From an uncultured bacterium (GTDB taxonomy: Bacteria > JAGOEH01), in contig CAZWDO010000001.1 of assembly GCA_964632485.1 (NCBI GenBank), positions 293,631 to 357,630 of the forward strand: 64,000 nucleotides of DNA, in the 5' to 3' direction. Positions 49,222-60,010 of the stretch are shown in pieces; position 1 is the stretch's first letter, and each line of letters begins with the position of its first letter. The notes beneath the pieces are model-generated. The model worked only from the letters and a program-made list of their open reading frames with translations. It was not told the DNA's origin and ran no database searches. The translations under genes and the position numbers were made by a program.

Positions 49222-50481
49222 ATGCGTATATTTCCGTTCAGGGGTTGGCGCCCGCGGAGTGATGCCGCCGCTCAGCTTATTGCCTATCCGTATGATGTGT
49301 TGAACAGGGGGGAAGCAAAAGAGATTCTGGCAAAGAATCCGAATAATTTCCTTAAAGTGACCCGTTCTGAAGCCTTGCTGGCAGATCAAATAGATCCCTA
49401 TGATCCTCAAGTGTATCAATCTGCCCGAAAAAATTTGCAGGAATTGAAAGACAGCCAAATTCTCCAACGGGATGCGAATCCCTGTTTTTATGTGTATCGG
49501 CAAATTATGGGCAACCACCAACAGACTGGACTGGTTACTACCTGCCATATAGATGATTATATTGACAATCTGATTCTTAAGCACGAACTAACCCGCCAGG
49601 ATAAAGAAACCGATCGAACTACCCATATTACAACTACCGGCCACAATACCGGTCCTGTCTTCCTGTTTCACAACGAGCGCGAGAATCAGATGGATGCGCT
49701 TATAAATGAAATAATTAGCCATCTGACACCAACTTATAAAATTAGCACCGATGATGAAATCACCCACATTTTCTGGGTAATTGATGATCCCGCAGCAATG
49801 GCGTTAATACAAGAAAAAGCCTCGGTAATCCCCAAATTTTATATTGCCGACGGTCATCATCGCGCCGCATCTTCCGTTAATGCGGGTTTATATTTTAAAA
49901 GTCAACCATCATACACCCAAAATGCTGTTGATGCTGAACATTTTTTAACCATTATTTTCCCGGCCAACCAATTAAAAATTCTTGACTATAACCGAATCGT
50001 AAAAGATTTAAACAGCTATTCAGAATCGGATTTTGTTGAAAAAATCAAAGAAAACTTTAGTGTTTCTGAGTTTGATCAGAGCAATGGATCTAAGAAAGCG
50101 CCGCAACAGCCGCATGAAATATCAATGTTTCTGGCCAACAAATGGTATCAGTTACGCGCCCGTGAGGACCGAATTGACGAAACTGATTCTCTTCAGCGTC
50201 TTGATGTTAATCTTCTTTACCAATACATATTGAGTCCCATTCTGGGTATTGGTGATCCACGTACTGATAAACGAATAGATTTCGTTGGAGGTATTAGAGG
50301 TATTGATGAGTTAGAGCGTTTAGTATTGAACGGCAAGGCAGCCGTTGCTTTCGCCATGTACCCAACATCTATCGATGATTTGATTCGGGTAGCTGACCAA
50401 GGCAAGATCATGCCGCCCAAATCCACCTGGTTTGAACCCAAATTGCGGAGTGGGCTCATCCTCCACCAGATGAGCGATTAA
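49222..50481 (+). CDS. DUF1015-family protein
   Basis: Conserved YIADGHHRAASS block and overall length (about 419 aa) typical of DUF1015. Confidence 0.7.
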   Translation: MRIFPFRGWRPRSDAAAQLIAYPYDVLNRGEAKEILAKNPNNFLKVTRSEALLADQIDPYDPQVYQSARKNLQELKDSQILQRDANPCFYVYRQIMGNHQQTGLVTTCHIDDYIDNLILKHELTRQDKETDRTTHITTTGHNTGPVFLFHNERENQMDALINEIISHLTPTYKISTDDEITHIFWVIDDPAAMALIQEKASVIPKFYIADGHHRAASSVNAGLYFKSQPSYTQNAVDAEHFLTIIFPANQLKILDYNRIVKDLNSYSESDFVEKIKENFSVSEFDQSNGSKKAPQQPHEISMFLANKWYQLRAREDRIDETDSLQRLDVNLLYQYILSPILGIGDPRTDKRIDFVGGIRGIDELERLVLNGKAAVAFAMYPTSIDDLIRVADQGKIMPPKSTWFEPKLRSGLILHQMSD

Positions 50482-50535
50482 AAATAAGGTTTGCTCTCAA
50501 CAGCAGCTATATCATTATCAGGGCAGCGCGCGCAA

Positions 50536-50988
50536 CTATTTACTGTTTGAGATTAATACATAGCACGGCGCATACTCAATAATTTGTTCTAATTGTTTCC
50601 CGGCAATTACACCTTTAGTACCACCCCGATCACTTGATCGCGGTAACACAATCAAATCGACCTCATATTTTCGAGCCAAACTGATTACTCGATCCGGAAC
50701 CGGACCATGTTCGAGAATGATAAAATTTTTAACTTTATGCTCTAAAGCCATTTCTTCAAAATAGTACAAATATTTCCAGCCGTTTTCCTCAAGCTCAATT
50801 TCTATTTCGCCGATTGTTATATCCTTCTGGAAACGGGCCAATTGAGAAACAATCGTGGGATCAATCACATTAACGGCAATAATAATTGCACTATGCGTTT
50901 GCGCCAGGGACAAGGTATAATTTGCTGAGTTCAGAGCAGCATCGCTGCCATCCATTAAAAAAAGAATTTTGTTGATTACTTTTTCCAT
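50536..50988 (-). CDS. uspA: Universal stress protein (UspA family)
   Basis: 150 aa with a Usp alpha/beta fold; the C-terminal ATP-binding-like motif resembles G-2x-G-9x-G(S/T). Confidence 0.75.
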   Translation of the reverse strand: MEKVINKILFLMDGSDAALNSANYTLSLAQTHSAIIIAVNVIDPTIVSQLARFQKDITIGEIEIELEENGWKYLYYFEEMALEHKVKNFIILEHGPVPDRVISLARKYEVDLIVLPRSSDRGGTKGVIAGKQLEQIIEYAPCYVLISNSK

Positions 50989-50992
50989 TCGT

Positions 50993-51622
50993 TCACTCTT
51001 TCGCCTGGTTAATCTTTGATTTTATTTTTTTCATTCTAAAAAATTCTTCTTTTTCCAACTCATCCAGAATATCAGTAATTTTTCTGACCGTTTCCTGATA
51101 TTGGGGGATAAAAATATTGGCTAATGCGTTAACCCGGCGATTATTCCGTTTAATTTCCTCAGCCAGGCGCTTAATTGAAATATAGACTTCCGCCCATTTG
51201 AGGAGTTTAGGCACCATTTTTTGTATAGAAAGCGTCGCCGAATTTATTTCAAAATTACTTTGGGTCAATGTAACGGGATTCACCTGCTCAGAAAACTCCT
51301 GCAATTCAATTTGCGGAATATAAACACCCATAACACTTTTTTCAAAAATCTCAATCTTGAAATCATCCTGCCGGTGCTCCACCAATCGATCAAACTGGCT
51401 CTGTCCCAAAAGAGTAATCCCTTTTCTCACATACTGGACAGTACGGTTCAACTGTTCCTGGATATCGGAACTAACCTGCTTCAACGCATGTACCTGAGAC
51501 ATAAACTCTATCATCAGAACTTCACGTTTTTGCTGTAGCAATTCATGGCCCTTTTTTGCCAGTTTAAGGCTATCCTTAGTTTTGAGTAAATTAGTACGGG
51601 TCGGTTTTACTTTAAGCGACAT
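50993..51622 (-). CDS. atpD: V-type ATP synthase subunit D
   Basis: N-terminus MSLKVKPTRTNLLKTKDSLKLAKKGHELLQQKRE is typical of the V/A-type D stalk subunit. Confidence 0.88.
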   Translation of the reverse strand: MSLKVKPTRTNLLKTKDSLKLAKKGHELLQQKREVLMIEFMSQVHALKQVSSDIQEQLNRTVQYVRKGITLLGQSQFDRLVEHRQDDFKIEIFEKSVMGVYIPQIELQEFSEQVNPVTLTQSNFEINSATLSIQKMVPKLLKWAEVYISIKRLAEEIKRNNRRVNALANIFIPQYQETVRKITDILDELEKEEFFRMKKIKSKINQAKE

Positions 51623-51636
51623 AGTGAAATACCTGG

Positions 51637-53028
51637 TTAAAAATCTTCAGGAAGGAGATCAACATAGTATTGGCTAATCTGTTCCTCGGTGACACGATTT
51701 AGTTCTTCTCGCGGAAGAATTGAAATAGCCTTCCAACCCAATTCCAGGGTTTCCTCTATTGAACGGTTAGCCATTCCCTGGCCAATGAAAAAAGTTTCGA
51801 ATTTATCGCCAAATTTTAGATATTTTTTGTCAGTATCTGATAATTCTTCTTCTCCGATAACCGAAGCAAGCGATCGCACCGATTGGACATTGGCATAAGC
51901 GGCATACAATTGGCTGGAAAGATTGGGGTGATCCGGACGGGTCATATCTCCACCGATACAATCCTTCATTAAACGCGAGAGGGAAGGAAGCTCTTCAATT
52001 GGTGGATAAATATTTCTAGCGTGAAGTTCACGGGATAAGACAATCTGGCCTTCAGTAATATAACCGGTTAAATCGGGGATAGGGTGAGTTATATCATCAT
52101 TAGGCATTGAAAGAATCGGAATTTGAGTAATCGATCCATTCAGATTTTTAATTCGACCGGTACGTTCATACAACGCGGCTAAATCACTGTACATATAGCC
52201 GGGATATCCTTTTCGGGAAGGGATTTCTTCACGGGCTGTGGCTATTTCGCGCAAAGCCTCACAATAATTGGTCATATCTGTTAAAATCACCAGGACATGG
52301 TAGTTAAGGGTAAACCCGAAATACTCGGCAGTTGTTAATGCCGCCCGGGGAGTAACCAACCGTTCAATAGTGGGATCGTCGGCCAGATTCAGAAAAAAGA
52401 TCACACGATTCATAGCGCCTGCAGATTGGAATTCATTAATAAAATAGTCAGCGTCGTCATGTTTGACACCCATCGCGGCAAAAACAATAATGAATTGTTC
52501 CCCGCTGCCGATTTTGGCCTGTTTAACGATTTGTGCGGCCAATTCATTATGCGGCAAACCTGCGCCGGTAAAAATTGGTAGTTTTTGTCCACGAACCAGC
52601 GTGTTCATTCCATCGATCCCTGAAATTCCAGTTTGAATAAAATTGACCGGATATTCTCGTGAGACAGGATTGATCGACATCCCGTTCACATCAAGAAACT
52701 GTTCGGCCACAATAGGAGGATGGCCGTCAATGGGTTTTCCGGTACCATCAAAAATTCGCCCCAGCATTTCACGGGCGACCCCAATTTGCTGGGTGCGCCC
52801 TAAAAACCGAACCCGGGTGGAATCTTTATTAAGTCCATAGGACCCTTCAAAAATTTGAATCGCCGAATAATCGGCGCTTACTTCCAGCACAGTTCCATGC
52901 CGGACATGCCCCTGGCTATCGGTAATTTCAACCAGTTCATTGTATCCGACATTTTGAGTGTTCTCAACAATAACGATCGGGCCATCAGCCCGGCTGATTC
53001 CCAGATACTCACGATGTATCCACTTCAT
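51637..53028 (-). CDS. atpB: V-type ATP synthase subunit B (non-catalytic)
   Basis: 463 aa; conserved B-subunit blocks ([27 protein letters not shown]). Confidence 0.9.
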   Translation of the reverse strand: MKWIHREYLGISRADGPIVIVENTQNVGYNELVEITDSQGHVRHGTVLEVSADYSAIQIFEGSYGLNKDSTRVRFLGRTQQIGVAREMLGRIFDGTGKPIDGHPPIVAEQFLDVNGMSINPVSREYPVNFIQTGISGIDGMNTLVRGQKLPIFTGAGLPHNELAAQIVKQAKIGSGEQFIIVFAAMGVKHDDADYFINEFQSAGAMNRVIFFLNLADDPTIERLVTPRAALTTAEYFGFTLNYHVLVILTDMTNYCEALREIATAREEIPSRKGYPGYMYSDLAALYERTGRIKNLNGSITQIPILSMPNDDITHPIPDLTGYITEGQIVLSRELHARNIYPPIEELPSLSRLMKDCIGGDMTRPDHPNLSSQLYAAYANVQSVRSLASVIGEEELSDTDKKYLKFGDKFETFFIGQGMANRSIEETLELGWKAISILPREELNRVTEEQISQYYVDLLPEDF

Positions 53029-53042
53029 AGCGATCCTTCCGT

Positions 53043-54821
53043 CTATTTTGAATAGATCAGTTCAAGTTTGAGCATATCATCATCGATGATAGACTGGACT
53101 TGTTTCAGGTCATCCATTTGATCATTGGTATATTTGTATTTCATACGCAACAGCGTTTCTCTGACCGACAGGCTATTAATACGGGTAACCGGGCATCCGC
53201 CGGTAATTACCTTACGAGCCTTTTCATAAAAATGTCGGATAAGGGAAAACATCAATAGTTGTTTTGCAGGGGAGCAAAATGTATCGATTGGATCAAACGC
53301 AGCTTGCTGCAAGAAAGCCTGTTTGATAATTTTTGCGATTTCTATAACTAAGCGTTGTTCATCCGGCAAGGCATCCTGACCGACCAGTTTCACGATTTGC
53401 TGAAGTTTCTCTTCTTGTTGCATAATATCCATTCCCCAGGCGCGCAAGGCATTCCAATCAACATCCGGGGCAATTCCCTGCCAATAGGAAAGTACATAGG
53501 ACACATATTGGCTATAACTTTCCAGCCAGGAAATAGCTGGAAAATGGCGCGCTCCGGCCAGTTCTTTATTCAATGCCCAAAAACAGCGGGTAAAGCGTTT
53601 CGTGTGCATCGTAACCGGTTCGGAAAAATCACCTCCGGGAGGAGAAACCGCGCCGATAACGGTTACAGAGCCTTGGCGGTCAGCAGTAACATTAACCCGG
53701 CCTGCGCGCTCATAAAATTCCGCTAAGCGGGAAGGCAAATATGCAGGATAGCCTTCATCCGCAGGCATTTCTTCCAAGCGACCCGAAATCTCACGCAAGG
53801 CTTCTGCCCAACGGGAAGTCGAATCGGCCATTATCGCTACGTTATAGCCCATATCCCGATAGTATTCACCCATGGTAATTCCCGTATAAATACTCGATTC
53901 ACGAGCAGTAACCGGCATGTTTGACGTATTGGCGATCAAAATAGTCCGTTCCATTAACGGTCGTCCCGATTTAGGATCAATCAAATGGGGGAATTCATCC
54001 AAAACCTGCGTCATCTCATTTCCCCGTTCACCACAGCCGATATAGACAATAATGTCCGCATCGCTCCATTTTGCCAATTGATGCTGAGTTACGGTTTTTC
54101 CAGTACCGAATCCTCCGGGTATTGCCGCCACTCCGCCTTTTACGATCGGATAAAAAAAATCGATAACCCTCTGACCGGTTACCAGGGGCAAGGTCGGACT
54201 CAACCGTTGGTGAATAGGCCGACCTTTTCGAATTGGCCAAAAATGGTACATCGGCAATGCGTGGATTTTTCCCTTATCGTCTTCAATCTCAGCGACAATG
54301 TCATCAATCACATATTCCCCGGCAGGCAAAATTTTTACAATTTTGCCCTGGATACCAAAAGGAACCAGAACGCGATGGACAACCAAAACAGTTTCAGGCA
54401 CTTCCCCCAGAATTGTATTGTAACTGACAGACTGGCCGATTTCCACTTTGGGCTCAAATTTCCAGGATCGCTTTTCATTAAGCGCTAATATATTAATCCC
54501 GCGGCGAATGAAGGGAACCTGGCTTTCCTGCAAAATCCGGTCCAAAGGGCGTTGGATTCCGTCAAAAATTGATCCGATCAATCCCGGCCCCAATTGGGCA
54601 GATATGGGCTTCCCCGTCTGGATTAACGGATCTCCGGGCTTCAGTCCACTGGTATCTTCATATACTTGAATAACAACATATTCAGAAAATATCTTAATAA
54701 TTTCACCGATCAGCTCCTCTTCCCCGACAAAGACCTGTTCACCCATTTGTGGATTCAACGTATCCTGCGCCTGGACAACCGATCCAGTTACTTTTTTTAT
54801 CTTTCCAGGATTTGTATTCAT
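53043..54821 (-). CDS. atpA: V-type ATP synthase subunit A (catalytic)
   Basis: Walker [10 protein letters not shown]. The likely start is MNTNPGK at 54821, whose ATG overlaps the subunit E stop (ATGA). Confidence 0.9.
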   Translation of the reverse strand: MNTNPGKIKKVTGSVVQAQDTLNPQMGEQVFVGEEELIGEIIKIFSEYVVIQVYEDTSGLKPGDPLIQTGKPISAQLGPGLIGSIFDGIQRPLDRILQESQVPFIRRGINILALNEKRSWKFEPKVEIGQSVSYNTILGEVPETVLVVHRVLVPFGIQGKIVKILPAGEYVIDDIVAEIEDDKGKIHALPMYHFWPIRKGRPIHQRLSPTLPLVTGQRVIDFFYPIVKGGVAAIPGGFGTGKTVTQHQLAKWSDADIIVYIGCGERGNEMTQVLDEFPHLIDPKSGRPLMERTILIANTSNMPVTARESSIYTGITMGEYYRDMGYNVAIMADSTSRWAEALREISGRLEEMPADEGYPAYLPSRLAEFYERAGRVNVTADRQGSVTVIGAVSPPGGDFSEPVTMHTKRFTRCFWALNKELAGARHFPAISWLESYSQYVSYVLSYWQGIAPDVDWNALRAWGMDIMQQEEKLQQIVKLVGQDALPDEQRLVIEIAKIIKQAFLQQAAFDPIDTFCSPAKQLLMFSLIRHFYEKARKVITGGCPVTRINSLSVRETLLRMKYKYTNDQMDDLKQVQSIIDDDMLKLELIYSK

Positions 54822-55423
54822 GAGCGCTCCCAAATAGTTTGGAAAATTTTATGTTTCTTATCATCATACCAATCATTAAAAATCGATTCCAGTCGTAAAT
54901 CAATAAAAACATGGCATTGGGAATTCTCAACAATAAAGCCGCCTGCCATATTTTCTGCTACTACTTGGGGGACTTTTCCGTTATGATAGTTTTTTTCCAG
55001 ATATTCAGAGCAAAGCGAGCAATCCTCTTTACGGGTTCTGACTATCGAATTTTCATCTTCCCAATATTTACGAGTCGCTTCAAGAGAAGCGCAATAAAAT
55101 CCATGATATTCATCCGTCGCAACCCATTGGTTAAGAAGCGCCAACACGCAATCTTTAATTTTTCCATAGAATTCATGTTTTTGCTCTAATTGACGCATGT
55201 TGGCATCCATTTCCAGCGCGGCCTTTTTCCGTGAAACCTCCTGCTCCGCGTTTTTTTTAAACTGGACAAGGTAAAGTTCCCGTTGATGTTCCGCTTGTTC
55301 GCGAAAAGGCCTAAGATTTCTTTCCTTAGCTTTTTCCGCCAGAGAAAGAATACTCTCGCTCTCCTGGTTGGCTTTATCTAAAACCGCTTTAATCATTTTT
55401 TCCAGATTTTCATCATTATACAT
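54818..55423 (-). CDS. atpE: V-type ATP synthase subunit E
   Basis: Coiled-coil N-terminus; C-terminal GGFIVEN motif typical of V/A-type E. Confidence 0.75.
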   Translation of the reverse strand: MYNDENLEKMIKAVLDKANQESESILSLAEKAKERNLRPFREQAEHQRELYLVQFKKNAEQEVSRKKAALEMDANMRQLEQKHEFYGKIKDCVLALLNQWVATDEYHGFYCASLEATRKYWEDENSIVRTRKEDCSLCSEYLEKNYHNGKVPQVVAENMAGGFIVENSQCHVFIDLRLESIFNDWYDDKKHKIFQTIWERS

Positions 55424-55457
55424 ACGCTTCCCTTTCAGGAATTATGACAATCAAAAC

Positions 55458-55766
55458 TTAAAATTTAATACCCACAATCTGTTGGATATATTTTTGGATA
55501 TCCTCTTCCCGGGGAGATTCTCCGGCGTTGGGCACTTCCATAAAAAGAGGTCGAGTCAGGTTCTGAAACTCATCGAAATCTTCTTTTAATAATTCTCGGA
55601 TGAAGCGGTTAAAGATGACCAGACCGATCTCCTCCCTATCCAGAATTTTTTTGAGTTCAAATTTCAAATCCGTCATGGAGATATCCTCCGCTACAATCTG
55701 ACCCTGGATACCAATCAGGGAAAAAGCGCGAACAGTTATCTCATCACCAACTACATAAAGTTTCAT
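55458..55766 (-). CDS. atpF: V-type ATP synthase subunit F
   Basis: 102 aa; MKLYVVGDEITVRAFSLIGIQG matches the F subunit. Confidence 0.8.
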   Translation of the reverse strand: MKLYVVGDEITVRAFSLIGIQGQIVAEDISMTDLKFELKKILDREEIGLVIFNRFIRELLKEDFDEFQNLTRPLFMEVPNAGESPREEDIQKYIQQIVGIKF

Positions 55767-55769
55767 CGC

Positions 55770-56138
55770 TTAAATTTTTGTTAAAAGGATAATGCTGACT
55801 ATCAAACCATAAATCGCAATGCCTTCAGCTAAGCCCACAAATATTAAAGCGCGTCCAAAGAGTTCCGGTTTTTCAGTGATAGAGCCGATAGCGGCGGCTC
55901 CGACATTAGAAACAGCAATTCCAGCGGCAATAGCCGACAAGCCGGTAGCCAATGCAATCGCAATATACCCTAAGCCTGGATTTAAATTAGTCGGCGCGGC
56001 AACCGGTACGCTGCTCACCGGGGTGGCATCATGCTCTTGCGCATGGACCAACGCCACTAAAAAAATAGCGGCGGCAAAAATAATAATCATTCGGTTCACT
56101 TTTGACATCATTTCAAGGGTCTTACCCAGTTTCATCAT
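55770..56138 (-). CDS. atpK: V-type ATP synthase subunit K (proteolipid c-ring), 2-TM hairpin form with an N-terminal extension
   Basis: Gly/Ala-rich helix (GLSAIAAGIAVSNVGAAAIG); a conserved carboxylate in helix 2 (GLAEGIAIYGL). Confidence 0.8.
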   Translation of the reverse strand: MMKLGKTLEMMSKVNRMIIIFAAAIFLVALVHAQEHDATPVSSVPVAAPTNLNPGLGYIAIALATGLSAIAAGIAVSNVGAAAIGSITEKPELFGRALIFVGLAEGIAIYGLIVSIILLTKI

Positions 56139-56155
56139 AGCTTGCTCCTTTGAAT

Positions 56156-58147
56156 CTACTTTAACGTTAAGGGTTCGAATTTAGTACCATTGCCATCGAA
56201 AAATTTCGAAAAAAATTCATAATAATGAAGACGAACAGTTTGTATTCCAACTACCATCCCTTCCATGAGAATGATGATGGCATTGCCAAGAATAATGTTG
56301 AGAGCATCCGTAAGCGCGCCACTATTCACCATCTCTTTAAACACATCACTGATCAGAAAAATTGCGCTGCCCAAAGCCGCATGATTCAGCGCAAACGCGC
56401 CCACACGCACGAAGGATACCGTATTGGTAAAATAGCTCATGACCATTTCAATCATTTCAAATATCTGCTGGATTATGGATTCATTCTCTTCATGCCGAGA
56501 TTGACGCGTCGGAGTGAAAATACGGCCAATCTGCTCTTTGAACAGAATCAGCGACAATAAACCGACAAGAATGGTCAACGCTGCCAGGAGATTGATATTA
56601 TAGCCAAATTGAATCGAAAGAATCGCCAAACTCAGCAATGACCAATAAAAAACGAAACTAACCATCCCATTGTGTCCCAACCAGGCGTCAATGTAATTGC
56701 CTTTGCGCCAAAGCTGAATCACATTCAAGAGGATACCCAGACTGAGGTAGCTCACACCCACAACAATTGAAAACGCCAATAACTGGTTTATATGATGAAG
56801 GGGGCTGAACCACAGTGGCGGGATGAGCTCCTCAAAACAAAAAATACTGCCAAAAAACCAGCCAAACAGCATGGAAGCGCCGCCACAATATAGTAAAATC
56901 GATCCGGCGACTCGTACTCCCGCATCGTTCAAACGGGGATGAAGCCGAAGAAAAAGACCGATCAACGCCAGAACCAAACCATGTCCAATATCCCCAAACA
57001 TTAATCCAAACAAAAAAAGAAACCCCAGCGAAACTATCGGCGTGGGATCGATATCGTCATACCCGGGATATCCATACGTGGTAACTAAAACCTCAAAAGG
57101 TTTGACGATTCCGTAATTCCAAAGCATCGTGGGGATTTTACCTAAATGCGGAAATTGTCTAAGAGCTTCTTTATCCTTCAATACTTCAATGGCGACCGTT
57201 TCTACCAGGGAATGATCTTGAATATAACGATAAATCGATTTCATATAAACCTCAGGAACCCATCCACTGAGATAGATAAAACTTTCAGTAGTAAGAGTTT
57301 GCTGGAACCCATCCAAGAGAACTTTCATATAGCGAATCAAATGAAAGGCTCGAGCGATCAGATCAATTTTATTATCGCGAAATCGTTTAAGCTCTTCCCG
57401 CAGTTCGATGAGTTCTTCACGTTTTTCCCAGGCGTTGAGTTCAATTTCATCCAGCACTTCTGAAATTGTTCCTTGATACTGGTCAGGAACATCCAGATCG
57501 ACATAATCCAGATTTTTCAAGATCGAATCCAACAAAGGCTGGTCATTTTTCAAAACAAATACAATAATGGCGCGTTTATCTTTATAATCGCCCAGAACAT
57601 GTAAAACACTGGGATATTTCTCCAGACTTTCCTTTAGTTTCAGCAAATCGCGGGCGGCAATAAATCCCCAGTGATATGCATAGTAACGCATTTTACGCAG
57701 TAAATTCACTTTAAAATCAGCATTTTCAAAACTCAACAAGGTATGAGAATATTGAAAAAGTTGATCGAGCTCATATTGTAGCAATTCTGCTCTTTCGGTA
57801 ATCTGCAAGCCGCGGGCTGACAAATCGGATAGTTCGCGGCTAAGATTCTCCATGCGCTCTGTATCATTAAACAAACCGATCATAGTTTCCGGGGAATCAT
57901 CAAATTTTTCAAACTCATTCACATCAAGCGCCAGTTTTTGAATCAGTTGATTCAAACTGTTTTCAAGATAAGGAATTTGCTGTTGAAGACGATCAGTAAC
58001 CTGGGAAGTCACCAACTGGGTAGGGAAAATTTTTTCGGCTGCAGAAAGTTGGATAAATTCCCGATAAGCCAAAAAAGCCATCAACCGCGGCGCAACATCC
58101 CGGTGTGCGGCAATCGATATAAAATTCATCCGCGCTGTTTTAAACAT
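56156..58147 (-). CDS. atpI: V-type ATP synthase subunit I (a-subunit)
   Basis: 663 aa; hydrophilic N-terminal half plus a multi-TM C-terminal half. Confidence 0.85.
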   Translation of the reverse strand: MFKTARMNFISIAAHRDVAPRLMAFLAYREFIQLSAAEKIFPTQLVTSQVTDRLQQQIPYLENSLNQLIQKLALDVNEFEKFDDSPETMIGLFNDTERMENLSRELSDLSARGLQITERAELLQYELDQLFQYSHTLLSFENADFKVNLLRKMRYYAYHWGFIAARDLLKLKESLEKYPSVLHVLGDYKDKRAIIVFVLKNDQPLLDSILKNLDYVDLDVPDQYQGTISEVLDEIELNAWEKREELIELREELKRFRDNKIDLIARAFHLIRYMKVLLDGFQQTLTTESFIYLSGWVPEVYMKSIYRYIQDHSLVETVAIEVLKDKEALRQFPHLGKIPTMLWNYGIVKPFEVLVTTYGYPGYDDIDPTPIVSLGFLFLFGLMFGDIGHGLVLALIGLFLRLHPRLNDAGVRVAGSILLYCGGASMLFGWFFGSIFCFEELIPPLWFSPLHHINQLLAFSIVVGVSYLSLGILLNVIQLWRKGNYIDAWLGHNGMVSFVFYWSLLSLAILSIQFGYNINLLAALTILVGLLSLILFKEQIGRIFTPTRQSRHEENESIIQQIFEMIEMVMSYFTNTVSFVRVGAFALNHAALGSAIFLISDVFKEMVNSGALTDALNIILGNAIIILMEGMVVGIQTVRLHYYEFFSKFFDGNGTKFEPLTLK

Positions 58148-58149
58148 AA

Positions 58150-59088
58150 TTACTCCCCATGAAATGAATAGCCGATAATCATATTTTGTAGTTCGTCCGG
58201 AGCCAGTTGGTGATACTTTCCATTAATTAATATATTTAAATTGTGAAATTCCAAATGTAACAAAATAAAAAAAGCTATAAAATAGGAATAACGAAACGGA
58301 AAACCGCTTAATTGCTTTTTAGCGACTCCGAATAAAGCGCTTTGAATCCGGGTTTCATTCTGAGCGGGCGATTGTGGATCAAAAACAGCCACTAAAGGGT
58401 GGGCAGAAGAATGATTCAAGTAATCGCCTCGTAAGATACCCTCAATATGAAGAATAATATCATTGGAACCCTGCCGGATCAGATAAACCTGCAACGGCTC
58501 AACTGCTATTTGATAAATATAGCTCAATTCGTTGATAATTTTCAAATTATGATAATCCAGCCAATAGGAGATTATTTCCCGGGTTGCCGAATCAGTATCC
58601 AATTGAGTGAGCGTAGTTATTATTGTTTGCGCAAACGATTGCAACAATTGCGATTCATAATAAATAACCGGATGCCGATCTTTTTCCTGATTGTACTGAT
58701 CGATAATTTTAATGATATCGGAAGGAGATCGATTCGGGATTGACATTACCGATTGCAAACGGTAGGCGCTTCTCAGATTCGATATAGTCTCTTGAAGCAT
58801 CTCATAAACCACGAAAATCTGAGTGAATTCGCGGCTCTTACCTTGCGAAAACCGTTTAAGGAGAACAAAAAAATGAGTATATGCGCCTTTCAATTGAGCT
58901 TCGAGCTTTGCAGGGGTTATACCATTCAAGGGCTCAGGGAGAATGGCTGCATATTTTTGATTAAAAAAACTGATTAAACTGGTTAAACTATCAGCATGAA
59001 TCATCCGGTTCAGTTCCAAACGGTTCAATATAAAGGTTTTGTAAAACGAAATAATAGGGAATCCGGCAAAAAACGCGGCAGGCAGCAT
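58150..59088 (-). CDS. atpC: V-type ATP synthase subunit C (d-subunit)
   Basis: 312 aa, all-helical, and positioned between G and I in the operon. Confidence 0.65.
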   Translation of the reverse strand: MLPAAFFAGFPIISFYKTFILNRLELNRMIHADSLTSLISFFNQKYAAILPEPLNGITPAKLEAQLKGAYTHFFVLLKRFSQGKSREFTQIFVVYEMLQETISNLRSAYRLQSVMSIPNRSPSDIIKIIDQYNQEKDRHPVIYYESQLLQSFAQTIITTLTQLDTDSATREIISYWLDYHNLKIINELSYIYQIAVEPLQVYLIRQGSNDIILHIEGILRGDYLNHSSAHPLVAVFDPQSPAQNETRIQSALFGVAKKQLSGFPFRYSYFIAFFILLHLEFHNLNILINGKYHQLAPDELQNMIIGYSFHGE

Positions 59089-59094
59089 GCTGGG

Positions 59095-59415
59095 TTACTC
59101 TTCTTTTAAACTTCGGATAAATTCTTGCAGGACCATTTGGCTAAGCGGATCTTTTTTTTCCTCAAACAATGTATTATAATAGCGGGTCGTTTCTGCCTGG
59201 GTTTCAGATAAGCGGCGTTGATGATCCGCTAATGCATTGTTTAGACTTTGCGCATATTTTTCCACTTCTTCATGGGCTTGCGCTAAGGCCATCTTAATAT
59301 ATTCGTTACCCTGTGTTTCGACTTCCTGACGAATTAATTCTGCGCGTTTACGGGCATTGCCAATCAATTCCTGGGCTTTTAATTCCGTTTCAAGAATTTG
59401 ACGTATCTGTTCCAT
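59095..59415 (-). CDS. V-type ATP synthase peripheral-stalk subunit G/H
   Basis: 106 aa, entirely coiled coil (ELKAQELIGNARKRAELIRQE), first gene of the V-ATPase block. Confidence 0.6.
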   Translation of the reverse strand: MEQIRQILETELKAQELIGNARKRAELIRQEVETQGNEYIKMALAQAHEEVEKYAQSLNNALADHQRRLSETQAETTRYYNTLFEEKKDPLSQMVLQEFIRSLKEE

Positions 59416-59537
59416 TACTTTTTTTTCCGTTTCATGAGGTTACGGATTTCGCGGATCATCAGAAAAACCACAAAACCCAAAAATGAAACTCTCACAATGA
59501 TCCACAGCCAGATGACCAGATCAGCAAAATTAATCAT
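59415..59537 (-). CDS. Unannotated 40-codon small single-TM protein, translationally coupled between ptsN and the V-ATPase operon
   Basis: Hand translation of the minus strand gives MINFADLVIWLWIIVRVSFLGFVVFLMIREIRNLMKRKKK*. Its ATG overlaps the ptsN TAA stop (TAATG). Its TAA overlaps the subunit G ATG (TAATG). An AGGAAGG Shine-Dalgarno site lies just upstream. Missing from the ORF track, whose shortest ORFs are 60 aa. Confidence 0.45.
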   Translation of the reverse strand: MINFADLVIWLWIIVRVSFLGFVVFLMIREIRNLMKRKKK

Positions 59538-59992
59538 TAACCTTCCTGAATCTTGATGAAATTGATAAATTCATCGGCCTTGTTAAATGTTAAAACCTTT
59601 TTTCGGTTTTCTTCTTTTTTAAAAATCCTTGAAAACCGCGCTAACAGAGCCAGGTATTCACCGGCTTTTTCTTTAGGCGCCAGTAAAAGTAAAACAAAAT
59701 TGACATTCTGTTTATCAAGAGCCCCAAAATCAAGGCTGTTTTTCAAACAGCAAAAGGCCGCAACGAAATCCACTACCATATCGGTCCGCAAATGAGGAAC
59801 TGCAATTTGGTCATTTACCGCGCTGGTATTGACTTCTTCCCGTTCTAACAAACTGGTTAATACCGGATCGACATTGCTGATTTTACCTTGTTTGGCAATC
59901 TCTCCCACTAGAGATTCTATGAGCTGGCTTTTCGATTTGAAACTTTGTTGTAGAAAAACTAAATCCTCACTAAACAATTCAAAAAGTTTCAA
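59537..59992 (-). CDS. ptsN: PTS EIIA(Ntr)-type nitrogen regulatory protein
   Basis: 151 aa, EIIA type-2 fold with the phosphorylatable His in DQIAVPHLR. Confidence 0.8.
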   Translation of the reverse strand: MKLFELFSEDLVFLQQSFKSKSQLIESLVGEIAKQGKISNVDPVLTSLLEREEVNTSAVNDQIAVPHLRTDMVVDFVAAFCCLKNSLDFGALDKQNVNFVLLLLAPKEKAGEYLALLARFSRIFKKEENRKKVLTFNKADEFINFIKIQEG

Positions 59993-60010
59993 AGCAACTC
60001 CTTTGTTTGG

